Virus record (IMG/VR): IMGVR_UViG_3300032607_001050
DNA from: an uncultured virus (IMG/VR IMGVR_UViG_3300032607_001050)
Lineage: Duplodnaviria; Heunggongvirae; Uroviricota; Caudoviricetes
Length of the DNA: 64,000 nt
Direction: 5' to 3' (one strand)
The translations under genes and the position numbers were made by a program. The notes beneath the pieces were generated by a model. The model ran no database searches, had not been told where the DNA came from, and worked only from the letters and a program-made list of their open reading frames with translations. Shown in pieces: positions 17,614 through 27,058 of this stretch. The first letter of the stretch is position 1. The number at the start of each line of letters is the position of its first letter.

Positions 17614-18576
17614 ATGGCTAAAACCCACACCGCACCTGTCATCTCCCCATCTTCGTTCGACCTCCCGCTGTACATCAGCGAGATCCCGCAAGTCGACCTC
17701 GCTGCTGCGCTGATGCGCAATCTGGCCGGCGCAGCTGACTTCGCCATCGTCAACGCTGCACGCAGCCTGTTCAAAGGCGTGCGTCAGGAAATCTGGCTCG
17801 GCGACTGCTCGCTGGACACGCTGGCTGACCTAAACAGCGCACTAAACGAGCAATCGTTCGCCGAGGACAGCTTCAAAGCTGCCGGCTCCAGCAACATTGG
17901 CAACATCGAGACGATCAAGAACTTGTGGCCGCTCCGCGAAAGGTGGATCGAGCAAGCTCGTGACCTCACCTCACTCACCGTGAACTGGGAAGGCACGATC
18001 AACAAATTCGAGCCCAAAGACATCGAGGAGCAAATCTGCGAGCCAGAGGTCAACACCAGCAAAAAGACCATCGGACGCATCGTCAAGCAAGTCAACCGCA
18101 AGGCAGAGGAGCTGGACATCGACGAAGAAGACAAGGCTCGTACGCTGAAAAACCGTCTCGCACGGGAAGACGTCAACAACGCCAACATGATTTGCAACTT
18201 GAAAGCAACGTCGCAAGGCGTGCTGCACATGCTGTACGCAGCGATCAGGATCGACAACGAGGAAGTTGTCACCGAGATCAACGGTGCACGCAAAAGTAAG
18301 GAAAACGACTGCCACCGCGTGGCTCACGTTGCTGGCGAGCCAGACTTCCACCTGCTGCCGTACAACCTGCGCTTCAAGCTGATCAGCGAGACGATCAAGC
18401 ACACCGAGCTTCAAGCCGAGTGGGCCTGCAAAAACTCGCGCATGAGCGAAGACGAGTTCGACACGTTCGACATGCTTTGCAGCAAGTCGATGAAAGCACT
18501 GCGCAGCGTGATCAGCAGCCCACAGTTCCGCACAGCACTGGCCCAGCTTGAGGCCAGCGACGCAATGACCGGCTAA
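17614..18576 (+). CDS. Hypothetical helical protein (320 aa)
   Basis: Long ORF with phage codon usage; no recognised motif. Confidence 0.8.
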   Translation: MAKTHTAPVISPSSFDLPLYISEIPQVDLAAALMRNLAGAADFAIVNAARSLFKGVRQEIWLGDCSLDTLADLNSALNEQSFAEDSFKAAGSSNIGNIETIKNLWPLRERWIEQARDLTSLTVNWEGTINKFEPKDIEEQICEPEVNTSKKTIGRIVKQVNRKAEELDIDEEDKARTLKNRLAREDVNNANMICNLKATSQGVLHMLYAAIRIDNEEVVTEINGARKSKENDCHRVAHVAGEPDFHLLPYNLRFKLISETIKHTELQAEWACKNSRMSEDEFDTFDMLCSKSMKALRSVISSPQFRTALAQLEASDAMTG

Positions 18577-18582
18577 TCACAC

Positions 18583-18614
18583 ACCAGACCGGCTGCTCAG
18601 GCAGCTGGTCTGGT
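18583..18614 (+). terminator. Long hairpin / probable terminator
   Basis: ACCAGACCGGCTGC-TCAG-GCAGCTGGTCTGGT, weak T-tail. Confidence 0.55.
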
Positions 18615-18651
18615 TGTTCAGCATTCGGCCACTTTATGGGCCTGCCAAACA

Positions 18652-18770
18652 TCCATTCCATACGCGCCAACCTCTCTCTCTATATATTTATTTATCTATC
18701 TATCTATCTATTACTATTATTCTTAGACTTTAATAAGATTGGAATGGAATATAGTAATGAATAAATAGAG
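18652..18770. repeat. AT-rich element 1 (TCCATTCCA-N79-TGGAATGGA), candidate origin
   Basis: Inverted 9-mers around an AT-rich spacer with TATC repeats; upstream of primase; homologue at 45655. Confidence 0.65.
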
Positions 18771-18818
18771 AACTCTCCTCTGAAGATGTGTTTTTGGGCT
18801 CTTACGTTCTGTCGAGGC

Positions 18819-18831
18819 TCTAAGTTAGAAT
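18819..18831 (+). promoter_or_regulatory. TCTAAnTTAGA motif at the primase promoter
   Basis: TCTAAGTTAGAAT with TAGAAT -10-like box. Confidence 0.7.
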
Positions 18832-18872
18832 TCGTCTTCACCCCCGCAGAAAACCTTGAAGGCACCTTTTCC

Positions 18873-21260
18873 ATGAAATTGTCGTTCCTGAATGCCCCCG
18901 TGCCGCTCACCAAGAGCTACACCAAGCTGCCTGATGGCAGCATCGAAAAGTCCTCATACCCCAACGTCTGGGAAGTCACCAGCATCGCCGAAGACTGCCC
19001 CACCCTCGCCGCCATGGAAAAACTGATCACCAAGCACGCCGCTCTCGGCAACTGTTTGTTGAAGGGCCTGGTGCAGCGTCCGCTCACGTCCGAGTCACGT
19101 AAGGGCTCAACCGACCGCAACGCAGCGACCGACTGGCTCTGTCTGGACATCGACGGCATCGAGCCCGTGTTCACCAGCAAGCTCGATGACGGCACCATCA
19201 CATCCGTCAAAGTCACACCCGACACCATCATGGACGCGATGGGCCTGGCTGACGTGAGCTACATCCTGCAATGGTCGGGCTCCATGAACATCACCAGCAC
19301 CGCCTTGCGCTGCCACATCTTCGTGATGCTGACCAAGCCTGTCAGTGCCCCGCTCGTCAAGCAGTGGCTGATCCAGAAAAACCACGAAGTCACCATCCTG
19401 CGTCATCACCAAGCGCTGACCAAGACCGGCAACTCCCTCACCTGGGGCCTGGACGTCACTGCCTGCCAAAGCGATAAGCTCATATACATAGCACCGCCGG
19501 TGCTCAAAGGCATCAAGAACCCGCTGGGAAAAATCCCCCGCATCTCGCTGATCGCCAAAGCCAAGCCCAGCTACGACCTGAGCAGCCAGATCAACTCCAC
19601 TGCCCAGAACCGAGCACTGACCGACACACGCGTGCTAGCTCTGCGCGACCAGGCTGGCCTGCCCAAGCGCAAGCTGACCTACAAAACGGTCGGCGCCCAC
19701 GAAATTTTGATCAAGCCCGATACGTGCATCGCCACGGAGACCAAACAAGACCGCGGCTTCGTCTACTTCAACCTTAACGGAGGAGACAGCTGGGCCTACT
19801 ACCACCCGGAGGACAACCCTGACTACATCCACAACTTCAAAGGAGAGCCGGTCTACCTGACCAAAGAGCTGCTGCCCGACTACTGGGCCAGCTTGCAAAG
19901 CGCGGGCCACCGCGTCACCAGCAGCGGTTTGACCTACCTGGCGTTCTGCGACCGGTTGACCGGCACGTACTGGAAAGGCACATACGACGCCACCCAGGAC
20001 CTGCTGGACATCACGATTGCCAAGACGCTGGTCATCCTCAAAGACTACGCTAAAGAAAACGGCATGCCGCTGGGCGACTTCGTCCCCGAGTGGGACATGT
20101 CGTTCGACCCGCAGGACAACGTGCGCGTCGACTTCACCAACAAGACCATCAACACGTTCCAGCTCACGCCGTACATGAAGGCAGTAGCCAAGAAAGTAAC
20201 GGCCTGCCCGCCCGGCATCTTCCGGGTCGTCCACCACGCCCTCGGCGGTGACGCTGACATCACCGAACACTTCATCAACTGGGTGGCCTACATCCTGCAG
20301 GAACGCGACCGCACGCTGACCGCCTGGGTGCTGCACGGCACGCAGGGCACAGGCAAGGGCATCCTGATGAGTCGGATCCTGCGCCCGCTGTTCGGTGCAA
20401 ACCAGACAACTGTGCGCCGCATGGAGGAATTCAAGCAGCCCTACAACAGCTACATGAAGCAGTGCTTCCTGGTTTTTGTCGATGAAGTGCAGACCAAAGC
20501 CCTGATGGACGAGAACGGCATCATGGCCAACATCAAGAACTTCATCACCGAGCCCATCATCACCATCCGGCAGATGTACGCAAGCGCAGTTGAATGCAGG
20601 AACTACACCAACTGGATCTTCGCCTCTAACAAGCCCGACCCGATCCAAATCGACCGGGAAGACCGGCGTACCAACGTCGGGCGTTACCAGCCTGCCAAGC
20701 TGGTCGTCACTGACAAAGACCTGGCCAAGATCGAGAGCGAGCTGCAGGCATTCCACGACTTCCTGCTGGGCTACGCGGTCGACAAGGCCGCTGCAGCCAC
20801 GCCGCTGGAGACTGAGGACCGCGACACGCTGATATCTATTAGTGAGAACGCCATCGACTCAGTGGCCAGCGCGCTGATCGAAGGCGACATGGAATTCTTT
20901 GTCGACCAGCTGCCCACCAGCAACAAGTACCAGAGCAACGCCCTGGCGGCCAGCAAAGTCGAGGACTACCGCCAGGCGCTGCACGACATCTTGCTGCGCA
21001 CCGACGCCCTGACGGGTAAGGTGAATATCCCCCGGGACGAGCTGCGCACGCTGTTCGAGTACACGGTAGGCAAGATTCCCGAATCACCAAACAAGTTCAC
21101 CAGCCTGCTCAAGCACCACCGCATCCACATGAAGAAGGTGTGGGGCGGTGACAAGACCGTCAACGGCACCGCTGTCGAGTTCAAGGACGTCCAGAACTTC
21201 GGCAAATACCTGAACAGCCACTTCCCACAGCTGAAAAAGCTCACGAAAGCCAAACCATGA
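18873..21260 (+). CDS. Primase-helicase (AEP-like N-terminus, SF3/DUF5906-like C-terminus)
   Basis: CLDIDG and RCHIF primase motifs; Walker A GTQGTGKG, Walker B VFVDE, ASN, DRR; start taken at ATG 18873. Confidence 0.85.
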   Translation: MKLSFLNAPVPLTKSYTKLPDGSIEKSSYPNVWEVTSIAEDCPTLAAMEKLITKHAALGNCLLKGLVQRPLTSESRKGSTDRNAATDWLCLDIDGIEPVFTSKLDDGTITSVKVTPDTIMDAMGLADVSYILQWSGSMNITSTALRCHIFVMLTKPVSAPLVKQWLIQKNHEVTILRHHQALTKTGNSLTWGLDVTACQSDKLIYIAPPVLKGIKNPLGKIPRISLIAKAKPSYDLSSQINSTAQNRALTDTRVLALRDQAGLPKRKLTYKTVGAHEILIKPDTCIATETKQDRGFVYFNLNGGDSWAYYHPEDNPDYIHNFKGEPVYLTKELLPDYWASLQSAGHRVTSSGLTYLAFCDRLTGTYWKGTYDATQDLLDITIAKTLVILKDYAKENGMPLGDFVPEWDMSFDPQDNVRVDFTNKTINTFQLTPYMKAVAKKVTACPPGIFRVVHHALGGDADITEHFINWVAYILQERDRTLTAWVLHGTQGTGKGILMSRILRPLFGANQTTVRRMEEFKQPYNSYMKQCFLVFVDEVQTKALMDENGIMANIKNFITEPIITIRQMYASAVECRNYTNWIFASNKPDPIQIDREDRRTNVGRYQPAKLVVTDKDLAKIESELQAFHDFLLGYAVDKAAAATPLETEDRDTLISISENAIDSVASALIEGDMEFFVDQLPTSNKYQSNALAASKVEDYRQALHDILLRTDALTGKVNIPRDELRTLFEYTVGKIPESPNKFTSLLKHHRIHMKKVWGGDKTVNGTAVEFKDVQNFGKYLNSHFPQLKKLTKAKP

Positions 21261-21622
21261 AACTCAAAACCTCTGAGCTCACCGACCTGGCCCTTGACTG
21301 GGCGGTAGCAATGACCGAAGGGTATGACGAAAGCTGGCTGCTCCGACAACTTGCCAACCCAAACCCTAAGACTCGCGCAATTATTCGATTTATCGAGGAC
21401 TGGGCCGAAGCTGGGCCGATCATCGAGCGCGAACAGCTCGGCGTTTGGTTTAGCCAAGCCATGGAAGATGAAAACGGCACGCCTCTGCGCACCGCCACCT
21501 GGTATGCAGAAGACCTGATTGGCTTCACAGCAGTCGGCCCCACACCTCTCGTCGCAGCCATGCGCTGCTACGTGGCAAGCAAGCTCGGCGACGAAATCGA
21601 CGTCCCGGAAAAACTGCTGTGA
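21257..21622 (+). CDS. DUF2591/NinX-family protein
   Basis: ELT..ALDWAVA, DW..AGPIIERE, GPTPLVAAMRC motifs. Confidence 0.8.
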   Translation: MKLKTSELTDLALDWAVAMTEGYDESWLLRQLANPNPKTRAIIRFIEDWAEAGPIIEREQLGVWFSQAMEDENGTPLRTATWYAEDLIGFTAVGPTPLVAAMRCYVASKLGDEIDVPEKLL

Positions 21623-21645
21623 TCCCCAAACCCAACGACTCATTC

Positions 21646-21789
21646 ATGGTCTACCTGCTGCGCTGTAACGGCGCGCTGGAAGAAGTCTTCACAAACAAAG
21701 CGCAAGCCGAAGCCCACATGCGCGCCGTCCGCAAAAACAGCGAACACTGGCGCATCCAAGAAAAACAAACCACGCCACACCAGGCGTAA
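21646..21789 (+). CDS. Small hypothetical protein
   Basis: MVYLLRCNGALEEVFTNKAQAEAH...; may start at GTG 21619. Confidence 0.45.
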   Translation: MVYLLRCNGALEEVFTNKAQAEAHMRAVRKNSEHWRIQEKQTTPHQA

Positions 21790-21804
21790 ATTGCAAATCT
21801 TTTC

Positions 21805-21850
21805 TTGACACGCAACACACGCTGCAATCTAATATCTAACATATGTCTAA
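21805..21850 (+). promoter_or_regulatory. Putative sigma70 promoter with TCTAA half-sites
   Basis: TTGACA at 21805; TCTAA at 21828, 21835 and 21846. Confidence 0.5.
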
Positions 21851-22109
21851 GAACGATTCCATGCACTCCAGCATCAGCTTTCACGGCCCCGACGTGCAAG
21901 CCACCCTCGAGGCCAACCCAATGGTGTTCAAGGCTGTCTGGGACAACTGCGCGACGTTCGCAAATGCTTCGATCCGCGTAGATACGCACCCGTGCTACGA
22001 CGACAGCACGTTGGAATGGACGATGTGCATCGCCTCTCCAACCGGCCGCCGCACGCTCCTCGTCACCCAGCAGACGGCCACTGGCCCTGTCCGCTTCTCC
22101 AAACAATAA
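21843..22109 (+). CDS. Hypothetical protein
   Basis: ORF track, codon usage. Confidence 0.6.
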   Translation: MSKNDSMHSSISFHGPDVQATLEANPMVFKAVWDNCATFANASIRVDTHPCYDDSTLEWTMCIASPTGRRTLLVTQQTATGPVRFSKQ

Positions 22110-22123
22110 CCCCCGAGGTCCTC

Positions 22124-22399
22124 ATGTCTTTCAAAACCGACTCGTTCGGAGGCGGAGCTGACAGCTCTGCTGACTCCGTTCTTCCGACGACCGCCTATGC
22201 CTACGGACGGCCCAACGAAGCCAAGCCCCACAGCCCCCGTCTCCGAAAGACCCCGCCGCCGCAGCTGGACGTTTTCAGGCGCCCCGCCTACAGCTGCCCC
22301 GAACTCGGCCGCACCAGCAACCGGCCTGGCGCCTACGACGCCTACGACCTGCCGTCCATCTACGGCGGTGTGTGCAAACCTTACCGATTCGCAGAGTAG
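22124..22399 (+). CDS. Hypothetical protein
   Basis: GAGG RBS; RPGAYDAYDLPS motif. Confidence 0.65.
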   Translation: MSFKTDSFGGGADSSADSVLPTTAYAYGRPNEAKPHSPRLRKTPPPQLDVFRRPAYSCPELGRTSNRPGAYDAYDLPSIYGGVCKPYRFAE

Positions 22400-22408
22400 G
22401 AGTAAATC

Positions 22409-22840
22409 ATGGGCTACAGAACCGACGGCTTGTGGGTCATCAGCGGCCCCGTCAACGACATCATCGCTGCCTGGACAGCTTGCCGGCTCCAGATAACGCT
22501 GCCACAGGGAAGCGAATGGGACGAGTTCAGCGTCTACCGAGTCAAAGACACCGGCTACATCCGTTACGAGTTCGATAGCTACAAGTGGTACCGAGGCTTT
22601 CCAGAAGTTGATTTTTGTGAAAGTGTCTGGAGCGCCTTGTCAGTGTTTGCCGAAGACCAAGAAACAAACACCATCTCGGGCAAGCGCTTACACGTCGACG
22701 AAGACAACGCCACAGAAACAGACGAGTTTGGCGACGACCCGCCTGACATCTACACCTCCTGCACGATCGAAGACTCGGAACCCAGTTCAGGCGACCCGAT
22801 CAACCTGCCCACCACAACCCCAGCCACGGCCACAACATGA
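22409..22840 (+). CDS. Acidic hypothetical protein
   Basis: AGGAG RBS; MGYRTD start, YKWY motif. Confidence 0.75.
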   Translation: MGYRTDGLWVISGPVNDIIAAWTACRLQITLPQGSEWDEFSVYRVKDTGYIRYEFDSYKWYRGFPEVDFCESVWSALSVFAEDQETNTISGKRLHVDEDNATETDEFGDDPPDIYTSCTIEDSEPSSGDPINLPTTTPATATT

Positions 22841-23031
22841 ACACTCGGCTCCTCAAACTGTTTCGCCGCCCCACGCCGCTGGAGATGGCAGCCAAAGAAC
22901 TTGCTGACGCCGAGCTGTCGCTGCTGCAGGCGCACAGCGGTGTGGAGTACGCGCAAAGCCTGGTCAATTACCGCACGGCACAGATAACCCGCCTCCGTAG
23001 CTTCGTTGCGGCGTCGGCAACTTCAATCTAA
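22837..23031 (+). CDS. Hypothetical protein
   Basis: ATGA overlap; PTPLEMAAKEL..AE motif. Confidence 0.65.
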   Translation: MNTRLLKLFRRPTPLEMAAKELADAELSLLQAHSGVEYAQSLVNYRTAQITRLRSFVAASATSI

Positions 23032-23036
23032 AAATC

Positions 23037-23399
23037 ATGAACATCAAAAAAATTGCTCTTTCTCGCGCGCTCAACATGCTCAAAGGAGCCGACTGCACCT
23101 TCAAGATCATCGAGCCTGATGGCACCGAGCACGGCACGCTGATCCTGGCCACACCCGCTGCAGACCGCAAGCGCGCACCCAACAAGCTGCCTCACGGCAC
23201 GCTGCTGAACCACGCCAAGCCTTACCTCAAAGACGTGATGCCTGGGACCGCCATCGTGGTGCCCTTCGGCGAGTTTGAAGGCGACAGCAAGGAGTCGCTG
23301 CGCGGCACCATCTGCGCCCACCTCAGCAAAGCCTGGGGACACGGCAGCTACATCACGCACACCAACAGCGCAGGCATCGAAATACTTCGAATGGACTGA
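23037..23399 (+). CDS. Hypothetical protein
   Basis: ORF track, codon usage. Confidence 0.7.
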   Translation: MNIKKIALSRALNMLKGADCTFKIIEPDGTEHGTLILATPAADRKRAPNKLPHGTLLNHAKPYLKDVMPGTAIVVPFGEFEGDSKESLRGTICAHLSKAWGHGSYITHTNSAGIEILRMD

Positions 23400-23401
23400 C
23401 C

Positions 23402-23611
23402 ATGGACGACGACGACGCCGAAAAGCCCGCGCCCGCTCAAGTCACCTTTAGCGGAGAAACTTTTTATTCGGTGCCGAGAACCACAAAAGCCGACTGCACC
23501 AAATGCGATTTTCATCCCGCGTCTCACGACGATCACTGCAACGCCACGTCCTGCGCCAACGTCATTTTCCTCAACCTCCACAACTTCTTACTTCACAAGC
23601 TCACATCATGA
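23402..23611 (+). CDS. Small Cys-containing hypothetical protein
   Basis: CTKC...C...C. Confidence 0.55.
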   Translation: MDDDDAEKPAPAQVTFSGETFYSVPRTTKADCTKCDFHPASHDDHCNATSCANVIFLNLHNFLLHKLTS

Positions 23612-24594
23612 AACCATCCGCCATTCGCACCGCCCTTGCCGAACTCATCGCTCTGCAGCGCCCTGCTTTCCTTTGGGGCCCACCCGGCGTCGGCAAATCT
23701 GACGTCGTTCGCCAGACTTCCAAAGACCTCAAACTCGAGCTGCGCGACGTGCGCCTGGCGCTGCTCGACCCAATCGACCTCAAAGGCTTCCCTGTAGTCG
23801 ATGCTCTTAAAAAGAAAATGTCGTGGCTCGCAGCCGACTTTCTGCCTACCAAGGGCAAAGGCATCCTGTTTCTTGATGAGCTGAACGCTGCTGTCCCATC
23901 CGTGCAGGCAGCTGCCTACCAGCTGATCCTCGACCGCGCCATTGGCGACTACAAACTGCCCGACGGCTGGTACGTCATGGGCGCCGGCAACCGCGCCAGC
24001 GACCGCGCTGTTGTCAACGAGATGCCCTCGGCCCTCAAAAGCCGCTTCGTCCACTTAGATTACGACGTCGACGTCGACGACTGGAACCAGTGGGCCATGG
24101 CCAACAGCATCCACACCGACGTGCGCGCCTTCATCCGCTTCCGCCCCAACCTGCTGCACAGCCACGACGCTGCCAGCAACCCGCGCAGCTTTCCCTGCCC
24201 GCGCACCTGGAAGTTCGTCAACGACATCTACAAATCAAGCTTGCCGCAAGACATGGAGTTCGAGATCATCAAGGGCACGGTCGGCGAAGGCGCCAGCGCT
24301 GAGTTCTCTGGCTTCGTGCGCCTGATCAAAGACTTGCCCACCGTCGACGAAGTGCTGCTCAGCCCAACCGACGCGCGCCTGCCCTCCAGCCCGGCTGCCA
24401 TGTACGCGCTGGTCACTGCGCTGGACGCCAAAACCACCACGGCCAACATAGCCCGCGTCATGGACTACATCGGCCGCATGTCCACCGAGTTCCAGACCCT
24501 GTTCATGCGCAGCGCCGTGCGCCGTGACGTCAAGCTGTCCGGCACCAAGACTTTCATGGACTGGGGCATCAAGAACAGCGCGGTGCTGGTATGA
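23608..24594 (+). CDS. MoxR-type AAA+ ATPase
   Basis: GPPGVGKS, LFLDELN, AGN, SRF.H, PRTW; ATG 23608. Confidence 0.9.
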   Translation: MKPSAIRTALAELIALQRPAFLWGPPGVGKSDVVRQTSKDLKLELRDVRLALLDPIDLKGFPVVDALKKKMSWLAADFLPTKGKGILFLDELNAAVPSVQAAAYQLILDRAIGDYKLPDGWYVMGAGNRASDRAVVNEMPSALKSRFVHLDYDVDVDDWNQWAMANSIHTDVRAFIRFRPNLLHSHDAASNPRSFPCPRTWKFVNDIYKSSLPQDMEFEIIKGTVGEGASAEFSGFVRLIKDLPTVDEVLLSPTDARLPSSPAAMYALVTALDAKTTTANIARVMDYIGRMSTEFQTLFMRSAVRRDVKLSGTKTFMDWGIKNSAVLV

Positions 24595-24896
24595 AGCTCA
24601 TCCTTCAAAACGGCTACCCGTACCCCTGCCCTGCCGAGGGTACGCCTGACGACTACGACGCACGCGACTACGAACTCATCCTCGACGATGTTTGCCACTT
24701 TGAGTGGAAGCACACCGTGACGGTTGAGTTCAAGTCACACGACGCTGCCCACGCAGCGCGTGAACTCACCAGCTGGCGCTGGTGGGACAACGATGGGCTG
24801 ATCCTCGAAGCTGCCATCGACGAGCAAGACGGCTACGCCCATCCCGCCATCTGCACTAAAGACATGGCCTATTGCGGATTCATACTTAAGGAGTAG
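24591..24896 (+). CDS. Acidic hypothetical protein
   Basis: ATGA overlap. Confidence 0.65.
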   Translation: MKLILQNGYPYPCPAEGTPDDYDARDYELILDDVCHFEWKHTVTVEFKSHDAAHAARELTSWRWWDNDGLILEAAIDEQDGYAHPAICTKDMAYCGFILKE

Positions 24897-25064
24897 ACCC
24901 ATGACATCAACACAGTCCCGTCCCCGGCTTGTAGTTCTAACTGCGACCACCGCTGCCGTCTATGAAGGCAGGCAGCTCATGGCCTTCAGCAAAGAACCCT
25001 GGGACTACACCGCCCACGAAGTTGAAGAGATGCGCGTGGCCGACTACAGCCAAGAAAAAGCATC

Positions 25065-25271
25065 GTGATGCGCAATCAACCAGATTCGTTTTTTAGCCAC
25101 GAAGCGCTCGACCGCACAGCAATGGTCGCCAATATCCTTGACGCCCACTTGCTCGATCACCCGTGGCTTCTGCAACCTGAGAACGCCGACGTGCTCAAGC
25201 TGATCGAAGACGCTGGAGACAAGCTGCAGACAGCCTACCAACTCATCGGCAACAGAACCATAGGAGTTTGA
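25065..25271 (+). CDS. Hypothetical protein
   Basis: HEALDRT motif; ORF track. Confidence 0.6.
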   Translation: MMRNQPDSFFSHEALDRTAMVANILDAHLLDHPWLLQPENADVLKLIEDAGDKLQTAYQLIGNRTIGV

Positions 25272-25273
25272 TC

Positions 25274-26095
25274 ATGATCCAGTCCCGCGCGATGCTCGCC
25301 CAGCTGTCCATCTCCCAGTGGACCGCCCGCAAACAAGACAAAAAAGTCTCAGCTGAAGTCGAGGCCCAGCACGGCGCGCACGACGCCGGCAAGTACAACA
25401 AGCTGCTCGTCAACAAAGCCCTGCTCGACCCGATCAGCAAAGTCGCCTCCAAAGTGCGCGACTACCACTACGGCGTCACGCTGCCATGGAGCGACGCCGG
25501 TGCGCTGCTGCCCAGCACGCTGTTCATTGACTACACCGCCAAGATGCGCGCCTACAAGGCCGAGTTCCAGGCCGCCGTCAACACCATGGTCAGCCAGTAC
25601 CCGGCCGAAGTCCAGGCTGCCCGTGTGCGCCTGGGCACCATGTACAACCCGGCCGACTACCCGATGGACTGGGAGCTCAAAGACCGCTTCAACATCGCCC
25701 TGGAGTTCACGCCCGTGCCCGACGCACACGACTTTCGCGTCGACGTCTCCAACGAGGCGCAAGACGAACTGCGCGAGTCGGTCAAGCAGTCAGTAGCTGA
25801 CCGCCAGGCCGACGCTGTCAAAGCCACGTTCGCCCGCGTCCGTGATGTGGTGTCGAAGATCGCAGAAAGATTGTCCATTGAAGACGCCATCTTCAAAGAC
25901 ACGCTGGTCTACAACGCCCGCGACCTGTGCCTCGTACTCAAGGCCCTGAACATCACCGACGACCCGGCGCTCGACGCGGTACATGCTGAGATCACCCAGC
26001 ACCTGCTCAAGCACCCCGACGCCATCCGGCGCAACCCCGGGCTGCGGCGCGACGTGGCTGCCAAGGCTGCGGAAATTCTCAAGACGCTGCCGTGA
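25274..26095 (+). CDS. DUF3150-like protein
   Basis: AMLAQLSISQWTARKQD, TLPWSD, DYP, LNITDDP pattern; lies between the AAA and VWA genes. Confidence 0.65.
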   Translation: MIQSRAMLAQLSISQWTARKQDKKVSAEVEAQHGAHDAGKYNKLLVNKALLDPISKVASKVRDYHYGVTLPWSDAGALLPSTLFIDYTAKMRAYKAEFQAAVNTMVSQYPAEVQAARVRLGTMYNPADYPMDWELKDRFNIALEFTPVPDAHDFRVDVSNEAQDELRESVKQSVADRQADAVKATFARVRDVVSKIAERLSIEDAIFKDTLVYNARDLCLVLKALNITDDPALDAVHAEITQHLLKHPDAIRRNPGLRRDVAAKAAEILKTLP

Positions 26096-26319
26096 CCCTG
26101 CCGGATGAGACCTGGGCCGAGCACCGCAACGTCGTACAGGCGTTGATGACGCTCTCCCAGGAACACAGCATCTGGTACAGCAACTACAGCACTTTTTGCA
26201 ACATGACCGACGACAACCGCTACCGCTGGTGGGAGCGCGCCAAAAAACAAGCCGCGCTCGGCGCTCCCGCCATGCAGACCCTGCTCTCCAAAGTCATTGA
26301 ATTAAGGCTGACACAGTAA
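26092..26319 (+). CDS. Hypothetical protein
   Basis: GTGA overlap. Confidence 0.6.
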   Translation: MTLPDETWAEHRNVVQALMTLSQEHSIWYSNYSTFCNMTDDNRYRWWERAKKQAALGAPAMQTLLSKVIELRLTQ

Positions 26320-27056
26320 TGTTTTCGATTTCTACTTACAACATCACGCCAATACATTCTCTGGCGCAGGCAGTCATAGCCTGGGACAAAACCCCTGTCT
26401 GGCGCAACCAGCACGCGTCAATGAAACCTCTCGACACCGTGCGCATGCCGCACAAATGCCTCGTCAAGCTGTCTCTTGACCAAGGCTACGACTGCTCGCT
26501 CTACAACACAACCATGGTGCGCTACTGCATGGACGGCAGTGTCGAGCTGAACTGCCACGACACAACTTCATCCGCACAGTTTGTCTGGCGCGTCGCCCCC
26601 AACGGCTGCACGCCTACCAGCCATAAAGGGCGGATGTACTGGCGCGTCCGCACCGACGACGGCGACCGTTACTACCGCTGCGGCGTCGAACGCCTGCGCC
26701 TGCAGCCGACTGCCGCTGGCAACTGGCTACTCACCAATAAAGCCGACCAGCCCACCGAATGGGTGCTGGACCGCAAGCTCGCTGCCCAGGCCCGAAAACT
26801 GGTGAAGCCCTACTCCCAGTGGTACGCCGTCAGCCAGCGCATGGGCGCAGGAGCGACGCAGCGTTTATTCCACTACGGCCGGGATTACCGGATACCGACG
26901 ATTCGCCAGCTGCTGGAAGACCACGACAACCCAGCTACTTTTCTTGCCGTCGCACCAGAAATCGGCGCACCTATCAACGCCCGCAACTCCGCTTACCTCC
27001 ACCTCGGCGCACGCACTCAGCAACCCGCGCCGTTCGATCGTTTACCAAGGACTTAA
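26319..27056 (+). CDS. Hypothetical protein
   Basis: TAATG coupling, 245 aa. Confidence 0.7.
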   Translation: MFSISTYNITPIHSLAQAVIAWDKTPVWRNQHASMKPLDTVRMPHKCLVKLSLDQGYDCSLYNTTMVRYCMDGSVELNCHDTTSSAQFVWRVAPNGCTPTSHKGRMYWRVRTDDGDRYYRCGVERLRLQPTAAGNWLLTNKADQPTEWVLDRKLAAQARKLVKPYSQWYAVSQRMGAGATQRLFHYGRDYRIPTIRQLLEDHDNPATFLAVAPEIGAPINARNSAYLHLGARTQQPAPFDRLPRT

Positions 27057-27058
27057 TC

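Noticed and set aside
15846..18614. Early-region hairpins (15846, 16944, 17552, 18583) as N4-type hairpin promoters
   Set aside because: No shared loop or flank consensus and no phage RNAP; terminators or processing stems are simpler
18693..18710. (TATC)n microsatellite as a phase-variation switch
   Set aside because: Only about four units, non-coding, and not kept in the homologous element at 45655
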